From Acidobacteriota bacterium (GTDB lineage Bacteria; Acidobacteriota; Vicinamibacteria; Vicinamibacterales; CAVVIG01): a stretch of 47,264 nucleotides of DNA. The stretch is from positions 1-47,264 of the forward strand of contig JAHFUJ010000005.1 in NCBI GenBank assembly GCA_023265105.1, in the 5' to 3' direction. Under the pieces are notes generated by a model. The model was not told the origin of the DNA, made no database searches, and was given only the letters and a program-made list of their open reading frames with translations. Positions 25,386 through 32,640 of the stretch are shown here, one piece after another. How positions within the stretch are numbered: position 1 is the first letter of the stretch; each line of letters starts with the position of its first letter. The position numbers were made by a program, and so were the translations under genes.

Positions 25386-25886
25386 TCAGTGTTCCAGCCA
25401 GTCCACCAATTGTTCCGCCAGCGCGTCGACGCCGAGGCGTCCCGCGTCGAGCCTGACGTGCGCCTGCTCGTAGGCCGCGCGCCGCACATGATACAGGCGC
25501 TCGAACTCGGCGCGGTCGGCGGCCAACGGGCGGCGTCCGTCGGCCGGCATGCGCGCAATCGCTCTCTCCAGCGGCACATCGAGCCAGACCGAGACGCCGT
25601 CGCGGTTCATCGCCGCGCGATTCTGCGGATCGACGAACGTGCCGCCGCCCGTGGCCACAACCAGGTGGCGAGGGGCGAGATGCTCCAACAGCACCGCGCG
25701 CTCGGCGGCACGAAAGTACGGCTCGCCGTGCTTCGCGAAAATCTCCGCCACGCTGTGATGCTCGCGCTCCTCGATGCGCTCGTCGATATCGACCGCCCGC
25801 CAGCCCAGCCGCTTCGCCAGCGCGCGCGCCACGGTCGTTTTCCCCGCGGCCATGAAGCCGACCAGGTACACCTTGTCGGCTTTCAC
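25386..25886 (-). CDS. aroK: Shikimate kinase
   Basis: VYLVGFMAAGKTTVARALAKRLGWRAVDIDERIE and VVATGGG are present. The gene overlaps the aroA stop by 4 nt. Confidence 0.92.
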   Translation of the reverse strand: MKADKVYLVGFMAAGKTTVARALAKRLGWRAVDIDERIEEREHHSVAEIFAKHGEPYFRAAERAVLLEHLAPRHLVVATGGGTFVDPQNRAAMNRDGVSVWLDVPLERAIARMPADGRRPLAADRAEFERLYHVRRAAYEQAHVRLDAGRLGVDALAEQLVDWLEH

Positions 25887-27214
25887 GCCACGAGCCGGTC
25901 CAGCGTCTCGAAGAAGCTGGGATAGGAGATCGCCACCGAGTCGGCGCCGAGAATCCGCGATGGCGACCGGCCGGCCAGCGCCGCAATGGCGAACGCCATC
26001 GCCATGCGGTGGTCGCCGCAGGCGTCGGCCGCGCCGCCCGACAACGGCGCTCGCCGGCTCGAGCCGGCCGAACGCGGCCCCGTGCCCGTCGAAGGACCGC
26101 CGACGACGAACCCGTCCGGGCGTTCGTCGGCGGAAATGCCCAGGCCGCGGAACCCGGCGACGAGCGTCGCGATGCGGTCGCTTTCCTTGACGCGCAGCTC
26201 GGCCGCGCCGCGAACGCTGACCTCGCCGCCGTGCGAGGCGAGCGCGGCGATGGCCGGCAGCTCATCGATCAGCCCCGGCACCTCCTCGGGCGAGATCTCG
26301 ATCGCGTCCGTGCGATCGCCCTCGACGACGATCGTGCCGCGGGGTTCTCCGGCCTCGCTTCCGGTGATCTCGACGTGGACGCGCGCCCCGAATCGTTGCA
26401 GCACCCCGACCAGCGCCGTGCGCGTGGGATTCAGCCCCACCTCTTCGATCTCGATGCGCGAGCCGGGCAGCGCCGCCGCCGCGACCATCCAGAACGCGGC
26501 CGAAGAAAAGTCGCCGGGAACCGACAGACGTTGAGCCGCCAGCGCCTGCTTGCCGGCGACGGTCACGGTCATTCCCTCCGCCGTGACGCCGGCGCCAAAC
26601 GCCGCGAGCGCCCGCTCGGTGTGGTCGCGTGTCTGCGCCGGCTCGACGACCGTCGTGGATCCATCCGCGTGCAGCCCGGCGAGCAGGACGGCACTCTTCA
26701 CCTGTGCGCTCGGCACGTCAGCGCGATGGATAATTCCGTGCAGCGGCGCGCCGTAAATCGTCAGCGGCGCGTGACCTTCCGTCGCTTCGATGCGGCACCC
26801 CATCCGCTCGAGCGGCGCGATGACGCGTCGCATCGGCCGGCGGGAGAGCGACGCGTCGCCGACGAGACGGCTGACAAAACCGTGGGCCGCCAGCAAACCG
26901 GCCAGCAGTCTCATCGTCGTGCCCGAATTTCCGGCGTCGAGCGGCTCGGCGGGCGAGCCGAGGCGGCCCATCCCTCGCCCCAACAATGTCATGGCGCCGG
27001 ACGCGTGCTCGTCGATCTCGATGCCCAGCTGGCGCAGGCAGGCGAGCGTCGAGCGGCAATCGGCGCCGGGGGCGAAATTCGTCACGCGTGACTGGCCGTC
27101 GGCCAGCGCGGCGGCGAGCGCGTAGCGGTGCGAGATCGACTTGTCACCCGGGACGCGCACGCGACCGCGGACATGCCGGGCCGGCGCGATGGTGGCCGCG
27201 GGAACCGTGGACAT
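25883..27214 (-). CDS. aroA: 3-phosphoshikimate 1-carboxyvinyltransferase (EPSP synthase)
   Basis: VRVPGDKSISHRYALAAALADG, LDAGNSGTTMRLLAGLLA and DHRMAMAFAIAAL are present. Start is taken at ATG 27214. Confidence 0.93.
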   Translation of the reverse strand: MSTVPAATIAPARHVRGRVRVPGDKSISHRYALAAALADGQSRVTNFAPGADCRSTLACLRQLGIEIDEHASGAMTLLGRGMGRLGSPAEPLDAGNSGTTMRLLAGLLAAHGFVSRLVGDASLSRRPMRRVIAPLERMGCRIEATEGHAPLTIYGAPLHGIIHRADVPSAQVKSAVLLAGLHADGSTTVVEPAQTRDHTERALAAFGAGVTAEGMTVTVAGKQALAAQRLSVPGDFSSAAFWMVAAAALPGSRIEIEEVGLNPTRTALVGVLQRFGARVHVEITGSEAGEPRGTIVVEGDRTDAIEISPEEVPGLIDELPAIAALASHGGEVSVRGAAELRVKESDRIATLVAGFRGLGISADERPDGFVVGGPSTGTGPRSAGSSRRAPLSGGAADACGDHRMAMAFAIAALAGRSPSRILGADSVAISYPSFFETLDRLVA

Positions 27215-27310
27215 TCTGCTCGATCTTACGTCACGCGGCTTGACATCGCCCAACAGATGGTATTCACTCGGGCGACGGTCGCCCGGCGGTCGTCCCAGAT
27301 CCGCGTGCCC

Positions 27311-27781
27311 ATGACACCCAACGGCCATCAGGTCGTCCGCCTCGAGTTCACCAGCGCCTTCGAGATGCTCGATTTCGTGCAGGTGGTCAGCGACCACGTC
27401 GCGCGCGGCGTCGGCCTCGACGAAGACTCGCGGCATTGGGTCGGCGTCGCCATCCGCGAGTCAGTCATCAACGCCATCAAGCACGGCAATGGCAACGACG
27501 CGACCAAGCACGTCTTCGTCGAGTTCGAGACGACGGTCGACGAGGAGGCGTGCGAGCTGAGAATTTGCGTGCGGGACCAGGGCGAGGGCTTCGATCCGGC
27601 GGCGGTGGCCGACCCGCTCGCGCCGGAAAACCTGCTCAAGACGAGTGGCCGCGGCATTTTCCTCATCCGCAACTTCATGGACGACGTCCGGCTGCGGCGT
27701 GCGCCGGAAGGCGGAATGGAAATCCGCATGACCAAACGCGTACAGCCGCCCGGGGCGGCCGGCGATTCGGTCAAGGCCTAG
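27311..27781 (+). CDS. RsbW/SpoIIAB-like anti-sigma factor serine kinase (HATPase_c fold)
   Basis: AIRESVINAIKHGN (N-box), VRDQGEGFDP (G1) and TSGRGIFLIRNFMDDV (G2) are present in 156 aa. Confidence 0.8.
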   Translation: MTPNGHQVVRLEFTSAFEMLDFVQVVSDHVARGVGLDEDSRHWVGVAIRESVINAIKHGNGNDATKHVFVEFETTVDEEACELRICVRDQGEGFDPAAVADPLAPENLLKTSGRGIFLIRNFMDDVRLRRAPEGGMEIRMTKRVQPPGAAGDSVKA

Positions 27782-27815
27782 TGCCTCGTTGCGGATTTCT
27801 GCAGCGAGGCACTAG
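27778..27815 (+). promoter_or_regulatory. Perfect 11-bp stem hairpin spanning stop codon of 27311 gene and first base of the 27815 GTG start
   Basis: CTAGTGCCTCG (27778-27788) pairs with CGAGGCACTAG (27805-27815) across a 16-nt loop. Confidence 0.5.
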
Positions 27816-28606
27816 TGCCGTCCGACCCGCTGTTCCTCACGACCGCCATCGAAGCGGTCGTCCGCGCCGGCGATCTCCAGATGGCGCGCCTGGGCCACGA
27901 CATCCGCGTCGACAAGAAGGGCACGATCGATCTTGTGACCGAGGTCGACGTCGCCGTCGAACGCATGTTCCGCGATCTCATCGCAGGCAGGTTTCCCGAT
28001 CATCAGGTGCTGGCCGAGGAGCTCGGGGGAAGCGCAACCATTCCACCGGGGCCCTGCTGGGTCTTCGACCCGATCGACGGCACGACCAATTACACGCACG
28101 GCCTGCCAATTTTCTGTGCATCGCTGGCGCTCGAGATCGACGGCATCGCCCAGGTGGCCGCCGTCTACGATCCAAACCGCCGCGAGCTGTTCACGGCCGA
28201 GCGCGGAGAAGGCGCGTTTCTCAACGGCCGTCCGATCCGCGTCTCGTCGGCGCAGTCGCTCGTCGACGCGATGCTCGTCACCGGATTTCCTTACGACGTG
28301 CACGATCGCATCGACGAAATCGTCGGATTGTTCGGCGCATTCGTCGGTCGGGCGCAGGCGGTGCGGCGGCTGGGATCGGCGGCGATCGATTTGTGTTATG
28401 TCGCGGCCGGGCGTCTGGATGGGTTCTGGGAAAGCGATCTCAGGCCGTGGGACATCGCCGGCGGCGCCCTTGTGGTCGCCGAAGCCGGCGGCCGGGTGAC
28501 CACCATGCAGGGCGCGCCGTTCACCTCGCGCGGCCGGCACGTGTTGGCGACCAACGGCCTGCTGCACGAGGCCATGCTCGAAGTGATCCAAACCTTCAGT
28601 ACGTAG
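27815..28606 (+). CDS. Inositol monophosphatase family protein (SuhB-like)
   Basis: EELGG, WVFDPIDGTTNYTHG and WDIAGGALVVAEAGG motifs are present. GTG start. Confidence 0.9.
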   Translation: MPSDPLFLTTAIEAVVRAGDLQMARLGHDIRVDKKGTIDLVTEVDVAVERMFRDLIAGRFPDHQVLAEELGGSATIPPGPCWVFDPIDGTTNYTHGLPIFCASLALEIDGIAQVAAVYDPNRRELFTAERGEGAFLNGRPIRVSSAQSLVDAMLVTGFPYDVHDRIDEIVGLFGAFVGRAQAVRRLGSAAIDLCYVAAGRLDGFWESDLRPWDIAGGALVVAEAGGRVTTMQGAPFTSRGRHVLATNGLLHEAMLEVIQTFST

Positions 28607-28625
28607 TGTCCGCCTTCTAGGCGGA
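28598..28625 (-). repeat. Single GTACGTAGT plus GTCCGCC-ttcta-GGCGGAC element
   Basis: The TAG stop of the 27815 gene (28604-28606) lies inside the GTACGTAGT arm. Confidence 0.8.
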
Positions 28626-28796
28626 CCGTCGTCGGTACGATTGTCGACTGGACTGGACGGGGTGATATCCCGGAGAGACAGCCCCCAGGATACAAGCAGG
28701 TTTTCCGCCTGTTTTTTCCAACTCGGCTGGCATCGCTTCTGCTACATCACTGCGTCGACGGACCGAGAACGGCCCGTCCTACACGTGAGGTGTCGC

Positions 28797-29501
28797 ATGC
28801 GTCGATGGCCATTGTCCTTGAGCGCGATCGTGCTCGTCACCGGGTTCGTCGCGACTCCGGTTGCCTCCGCTCAGCAATCACTCAACTTGTACGTCGGCGG
28901 CTTCGCGCCGCGCAGCGAAGATGCGAGGATCGGCGACGACGTGCTCGTGCAGAATCGCGATTTCCTCGTCTTCAACATCAACGACTTCAACGGCGGCACC
29001 GTGGGCGGCGAATGGCTGATTGCGCTCGGCGACAAGTTCGACGCCGGCCTGGGGCTCGGCTTCTACCAGCGCACGGTGCCGACCGTCTACACAAACTTCG
29101 TCAACAACGACGGGAGCGAGATTCAAGCCGATTTGAAGCTGAGGATCGTGCCGTTCACCGCGACCGTGCGCTTCCTGCCGTTTGGGCACCGCTCGGCGAT
29201 TCAGCCGTATATCGGTGCCGGCGCCGGCGCCTTCCGGTGGCGCTACAGCGAGACGGGGCAGTTCGTCGACTTCACGGACCCGAAGCGCACGATCTTTCGC
29301 GGGAACTTCGTGGGCAGCGGCAGCGCGGCCGGTCCGGTCGTTCTCGGCGGCGTGAGGGTGCCGATTGGATCGACCGCGATTGGCGGGGAGATTCGGTATC
29401 AGTCGGCCGAGGCCAATCTGCCGGCCGATCTAGGATTCGCGGGGTCGAAGATCGATCTTGGCGGGTTCGCCTATCTGCTGACGTTCAATATTCGATTCTG
29501 A
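28797..29501 (+). CDS. Outer-membrane beta-barrel protein (OmpW/porin-like)
   Basis: Signal peptide MRRWPLSLSAIVLVTGFVATPVASA, alternating beta-strand pattern, and C-terminal YLLTFNIRF ending in Phe (OMP beta-signal). Confidence 0.8.
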   Translation: MRRWPLSLSAIVLVTGFVATPVASAQQSLNLYVGGFAPRSEDARIGDDVLVQNRDFLVFNINDFNGGTVGGEWLIALGDKFDAGLGLGFYQRTVPTVYTNFVNNDGSEIQADLKLRIVPFTATVRFLPFGHRSAIQPYIGAGAGAFRWRYSETGQFVDFTDPKRTIFRGNFVGSGSAAGPVVLGGVRVPIGSTAIGGEIRYQSAEANLPADLGFAGSKIDLGGFAYLLTFNIRF

Positions 29502-31078
29502 CGCTGATAGAGCGCGAGCCCCGCACCCTCGCACACGCGCACGTACCCGTCGAGAAAATGCGGGCGCGCGCGCGCGATTCTCGCCAGCATGTCGCCGCCT
29601 TCCGCCTTCTCCTCGATCAGTACCCACCCGGCGTACGGCCGCGGGCCGTTCAGGGCCGCGAGCCAGATGTCGCCGTTGCCTTCGTGCAGAAAATCGGCGA
29701 TGTCGAACCCCTCACGCGACGCCTCCTGCATGTAATGACCGAGCGAACCCATGCTCGCCATGATCGTGTCGCCGTCGTAGCGCGCCCGCAGGTAGTCGGT
29801 CACCTGTGTGCGTACCGGGACGTTCGGCCCATCCCATTGCGCTTCGACCACCATCGGCGCGGTCCGGTCGAGCGGGTGTAGTTCGTACGCGATGATCAGC
29901 GCGACCGCCACCGCTGCGATGAAGCGGGCGCCCCTGAAGAAGTTCACCAAACCAACCGCCACGCCCACGCCGACCGCCTCGATCGCGATGAGCGGCACCA
30001 GGTAGCGGATGCGGAAGGGATGACCGTCCACGAATGCCAACCAGGGAACGACGGCGGTCGCCACGAGCGACAGTACGATAAAGGCGTCCGCCCGCCGACG
30101 GCTAAACACGCCCGTGGCGAGAAGCACCGCGACACCGGCCGCGGCGATCGCGATGATCACGGTTCCGCTCAACTGGTCGGCGCCCCACCAGACTTCGGCC
30201 GCCGCGAGCAGTGGTTGGCCGAGCGACTTGTTTTCGGGCACGAAGAACCCGGTCTCGACAAACCACTGGCCGATCACGACGCGGCTGAAGATCGCGAACG
30301 CGACGATGGTGACAGCGGGGTAGCAGGCGATCGCCGCGACGCGTCGTGACGCGGCCATCAAGGAATCGCCGCGCCGCCACTGAGTCCACACGGCCGCCGC
30401 CAGCGCGCAGACCGTGACGGGCCACGCCTCGTAGCGCGTCAGACACGCGAGCGCGAATGTCCACCCAACAGTGCTCGTAGCGTAGGGCCTCAGCCCTGCC
30501 GTACTCGTGGCGGGGGACTTTAGTCGTGCCGTACTCGTGGTGGGGGACTTTAGTCCTGCCGTACTCGTGGCGCAGGACTTTAGCCCTGCGTCAGCGTCGA
30601 CCCACCTCATCAATAGCGCGACGGCGAGCGTCGTCAGTGCCAGCAGCAGCGGCTCGGTCATCGGCGTCGCCTGCAAATACACGACGTTGGGATTGAGCGC
30701 AAACACTGCGGCAGCCACAAGCGCGGCGCCGGCCGACTGCGTGTGTTGCAGCACCATCCAGGCGAGTGCGCCCGTGGCGATCGCGAAGGCGACGATCGAG
30801 ATCGCGACCGCCGAGGCGCCCGTTCGGTAGAAGGCGTCGATCTGGACGGGCACCGCGTTCAGCAGATGCGGCAGCGGCAGCCACACGGCGCCGACTTGCT
30901 GCCACCCCGGGGTGATGCTGTCGACGATGCGGCGCGCGACGACGAGGTGACCGCGCGCGTCGTAGTGGCTGATCGTGAGCCCGAGACGATGGTAGTGGAG
31001 CGCCGCGATCGCGCCGCCGATGGCGGCGGCGATCGCCGTGGCGAAAGGAAGCGCCCGCTGCCGCAACGGTATAATCAC
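29471..31078 (-). CDS. Polytopic membrane protein, GT-C-fold glycosyltransferase-like, with 40-aa repeat-encoded insertion
   Basis: GTG start. TM1 is followed by the loop SHYDARGHLVVARRI, then more than 10 TM segments and a soluble C-terminal domain. The segment AGLKSCATSTAGLKSPTTSTARLKSPATSTAGLRPYATST is encoded by the 4x30-nt array. Confidence 0.8.
   Translation of the reverse strand: MIIPLRQRALPFATAIAAAIGGAIAALHYHRLGLTISHYDARGHLVVARRIVDSITPGWQQVGAVWLPLPHLLNAVPVQIDAFYRTGASAVAISIVAFAIATGALAWMVLQHTQSAGAALVAAAVFALNPNVVYLQATPMTEPLLLALTTLAVALLMRWVDADAGLKSCATSTAGLKSPTTSTARLKSPATSTAGLRPYATSTVGWTFALACLTRYEAWPVTVCALAAAVWTQWRRGDSLMAASRRVAAIACYPAVTIVAFAIFSRVVIGQWFVETGFFVPENKSLGQPLLAAAEVWWGADQLSGTVIIAIAAAGVAVLLATGVFSRRRADAFIVLSLVATAVVPWLAFVDGHPFRIRYLVPLIAIEAVGVGVAVGLVNFFRGARFIAAVAVALIIAYELHPLDRTAPMVVEAQWDGPNVPVRTQVTDYLRARYDGDTIMASMGSLGHYMQEASREGFDIADFLHEGNGDIWLAALNGPRPYAGWVLIEEKAEGGDMLARIARARPHFLDGYVRVCEGAGLALYQRQNRILNVSR
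30471..30590. repeat. Four exact-period 30-nt tandem units GTACTCGTGGCGNN-GGACTTTAGTCC-TGCC inside CDS
   Basis: Units lie at 30471, 30501, 30531 and 30561. Each contains a small GGAC-TTTA-GTCC type hairpin. The same unit family occurs at 46501-46590. Confidence 0.9.
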
Positions 31079-31083
31079 CTGTT
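30973..31083. repeat. Left copy of 111-bp direct repeat (functional 5' end of GT-C gene)
   Basis: tcgtgagcccgagacgatggtagtggagcgccgcgatcgc...ggtataatcacctgtt. It is identical to 32641-32751 except for 2 adjacent-region mismatches (ctgccgc vs ctctcgc). Confidence 0.95.
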
Positions 31084-31098
31084 AGACCTTGGCGTCAG

Positions 31099-31124
31099 AA
31101 AAGGCCCGGTTTTCCGGGCCTTTT
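31099..31124. terminator. Bidirectional intrinsic terminator AAAAGGCCCGG-TTTT-CCGGGCCTTTT
   Basis: A 7-bp GC stem (31103-31109 / 31114-31120) with a TTTT loop is flanked by A4 and T4. Confidence 0.65.
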
Positions 31125-31329
31125 GCTTCAGGCCCGACGAAAACGCTAACGGTTCGCTAACGCGAGGAAGGGAAGGGGGGTCCTGATGGTCCACTTCAAG
31201 CTCTCTGACGACGATCCGGTGAAGCACAAGAGGCAGAGTATCTTGCATTCCTAGGCGTTCGGTCCTTCAGACATAGTCCCGGAGGACGCGTTCAAATCAC
31301 AGTGCAATCATCAAAGTTGGAGAAGCACG

Positions 31330-31796
31330 ATGGCTCGAAGGAGTAAAAAGAACTCGGGTCTGAATGGTCCGTACGTGTGTTACGCCGCATTCTGCGAAAA
31401 GGTGCTGCAAGAGAAAGATGGTGTCTTCAGCTTGATCCGTATTGTCGATCGAATAACGGTGACGCCACCGCCAAGCGTCACATTCGAGCAAGCAAGTTTA
31501 CCAGCTCTCGCCCTGACGCTTGCGATCGGGTTGAATCTGGGGACGCAAGAGGAACGCACCAGCTAAGCATCCGCGGTCGTTCTCCCGCCGGCGGCGAGGG
31601 CGAGGTGAACATGAACCGGTCCGCGCTCTTCGAAGGCGATGACCGGGGGGTTGGCCTGTTTGCCACGGTCAGCTTGCAGCTGAAGGAGGACGGACTCCAC
31701 TGGTTTGATGTGTTATTCGAAGGCCAGCGGCTTACGAGCGTTCCGCTTAGGGTGCTTGTACAGCAAACGCAACTTGGGACGTCAACTGCGGGTTGA
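31330..31796 (+). pseudogene. Frameshifted small beta-rich protein gene (two overlapping frames 31330-31566 and ~31545-31796)
   Basis: Frame 1 ends ...LALTLAIGLNLGTQEERTS*. The adjacent frame continues GTHQLSIRGRSPAGGEGEV...GLFATVSLQLKEDGLHWFDVLFEGQRLTSVPLRV. Together they read as one coherent ~150-aa protein if 1 nt is added or removed near 31545-31560. Confidence 0.5.
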
Positions 31797-32097
31797 TCGT
31801 CGTCGTGGAGCTCCCAAGCTGCACGACGCTGACTCCCGGCTGGGCGTTCATGGTGACACGGTACGTGCTGACGAGTGGGCGCAGAAGGTGGCGCAACTCG
31901 CCTTCGGTCCAGTCGCCGTTCGAGAACTCAGCCACGCGCAAGGCCACCTCGTACGCGAGTTCCTCCAGCGTCTGCCGGCCCTGAACCTGGCCTAATCGAG
32001 CCGCGAACCACTGGACGGACTCATCGATCGCGAGCGAGCCAGAGACAAGTCGACCCAATTGCCGTCGCAGCGCGATTTCAAGGGAGGTTTTCGACAT
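31747..32097 (-). CDS. Hypothetical 116-aa protein
   Basis: MSKTSLEIALRRQLGRLVSGSLAIDESVQWFAARLG... A GGAGAG-like RBS lies upstream, composition is normal, and no family was recognised. Confidence 0.45.
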   Translation of the reverse strand: MSKTSLEIALRRQLGRLVSGSLAIDESVQWFAARLGQVQGRQTLEELAYEVALRVAEFSNGDWTEGELRHLLRPLVSTYRVTMNAQPGVSVVQLGSSTTTINPQLTSQVAFAVQAP

Positions 32098-32098
32098 T

Positions 32099-32398
32099 GT
32101 GGCGACCGTGAAAATTGTCTCTCCTAAGGATATACGAAAACTCTTCAGCGAGAACGGGTATGCCGAACGACTGGCAAATGGGGAACTTCGGTCTGTGTTG
32201 AAAAAGAACACGCACCCAACATCGCCTAAAGCACCTGTTCCGTTTTGCACTCGGAGTCAATTGGGCGTCTATTTGGACGGCAAGAAGGCCGTGGCGATCG
32301 TTCACCAATACCTGAAGCCTGACGGCAAACTCGGCGCGAGCGGAAAGCCCGATCCGAAGTGGCTGATCCACGCTGGAACCATTTACCAAGCGCTTTGA
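32099..32398 (+). CDS. Hypothetical 99-aa protein
   Basis: GTG start. ...SQLGVYLDGKKAVAIVHQYLKPDGKLGASGKPDPKWLIHAGTIY looks protein-like. The start lies 1 nt from the divergent 32097 start, so one of the two calls may be wrong. Confidence 0.4.
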   Translation: MATVKIVSPKDIRKLFSENGYAERLANGELRSVLKKNTHPTSPKAPVPFCTRSQLGVYLDGKKAVAIVHQYLKPDGKLGASGKPDPKWLIHAGTIYQAL

Positions 32399-32640
32399 AC
32401 CGCGGCAAGCAACCGCTCGACGGTCAGCCGCGGCTCGGGCAGTTCGCGGTCTGACGGAGCAGACAGCCGGCTCCCGACCCATACGCGGCCAGTCTCGGCG
32501 CCTGGACGCTTTCTGCTGGCGGACAGGAGAAAACGCCCGACGTCGTCGCGCCGGACCTGCGCCAGCCCCACCGCGTTGTCCACGTCGGTTTCCGCCGGGG
32601 TAAAGGCAATCTGCAATCGGCGTATCGCCTTCCGCAACAT
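32383..32640 (-). CDS. Hypothetical 85-aa ORF abutting the right direct repeat
   Basis: MLRKAIRRLQIAFTPAETDVDNAVGLAQVRRDDVGRFLL... No recognisable family. The ATG lies 1 nt inside the insertion boundary. Confidence 0.25.
   Translation of the reverse strand: MLRKAIRRLQIAFTPAETDVDNAVGLAQVRRDDVGRFLLSASRKRPGAETGRVWVGSRLSAPSDRELPEPRLTVERLLAAVQSAW

Larger units (their letters stand above)
31084..32640. mobile_element. 1557-bp lower-GC inserted segment bounded by the 111-bp direct repeats; no recombinase gene
   Basis: Visibly AT-richer than the flanks. It contains only small or degenerate ORFs and a canonical terminator. It splits a GT-C gene 5' end from its duplicated remnant. Confidence 0.6.

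Noticed and set aside
27240-27266. TTGACA-15 nt-TATTCA as a promoter for the RsbW-like gene
   Set aside because: The spacer is only 15 nt and the -10 is weak. It is plausible but not supportable without TSS data.
31186-31254. 22-codon ORF MVHFKLSDDDPVKHKRQSILHS preceded by GGGAAGGGGGG
   Set aside because: It is too short and has no support beyond an RBS-like purine run. It cannot be distinguished from chance.
31084-32640. Classification of the insertion as an IS element or prophage remnant
   Set aside because: There are no terminal inverted repeats and no transposase, integrase or phage structural gene. Only long direct repeats are present, so it is reported as an unclassified islet.
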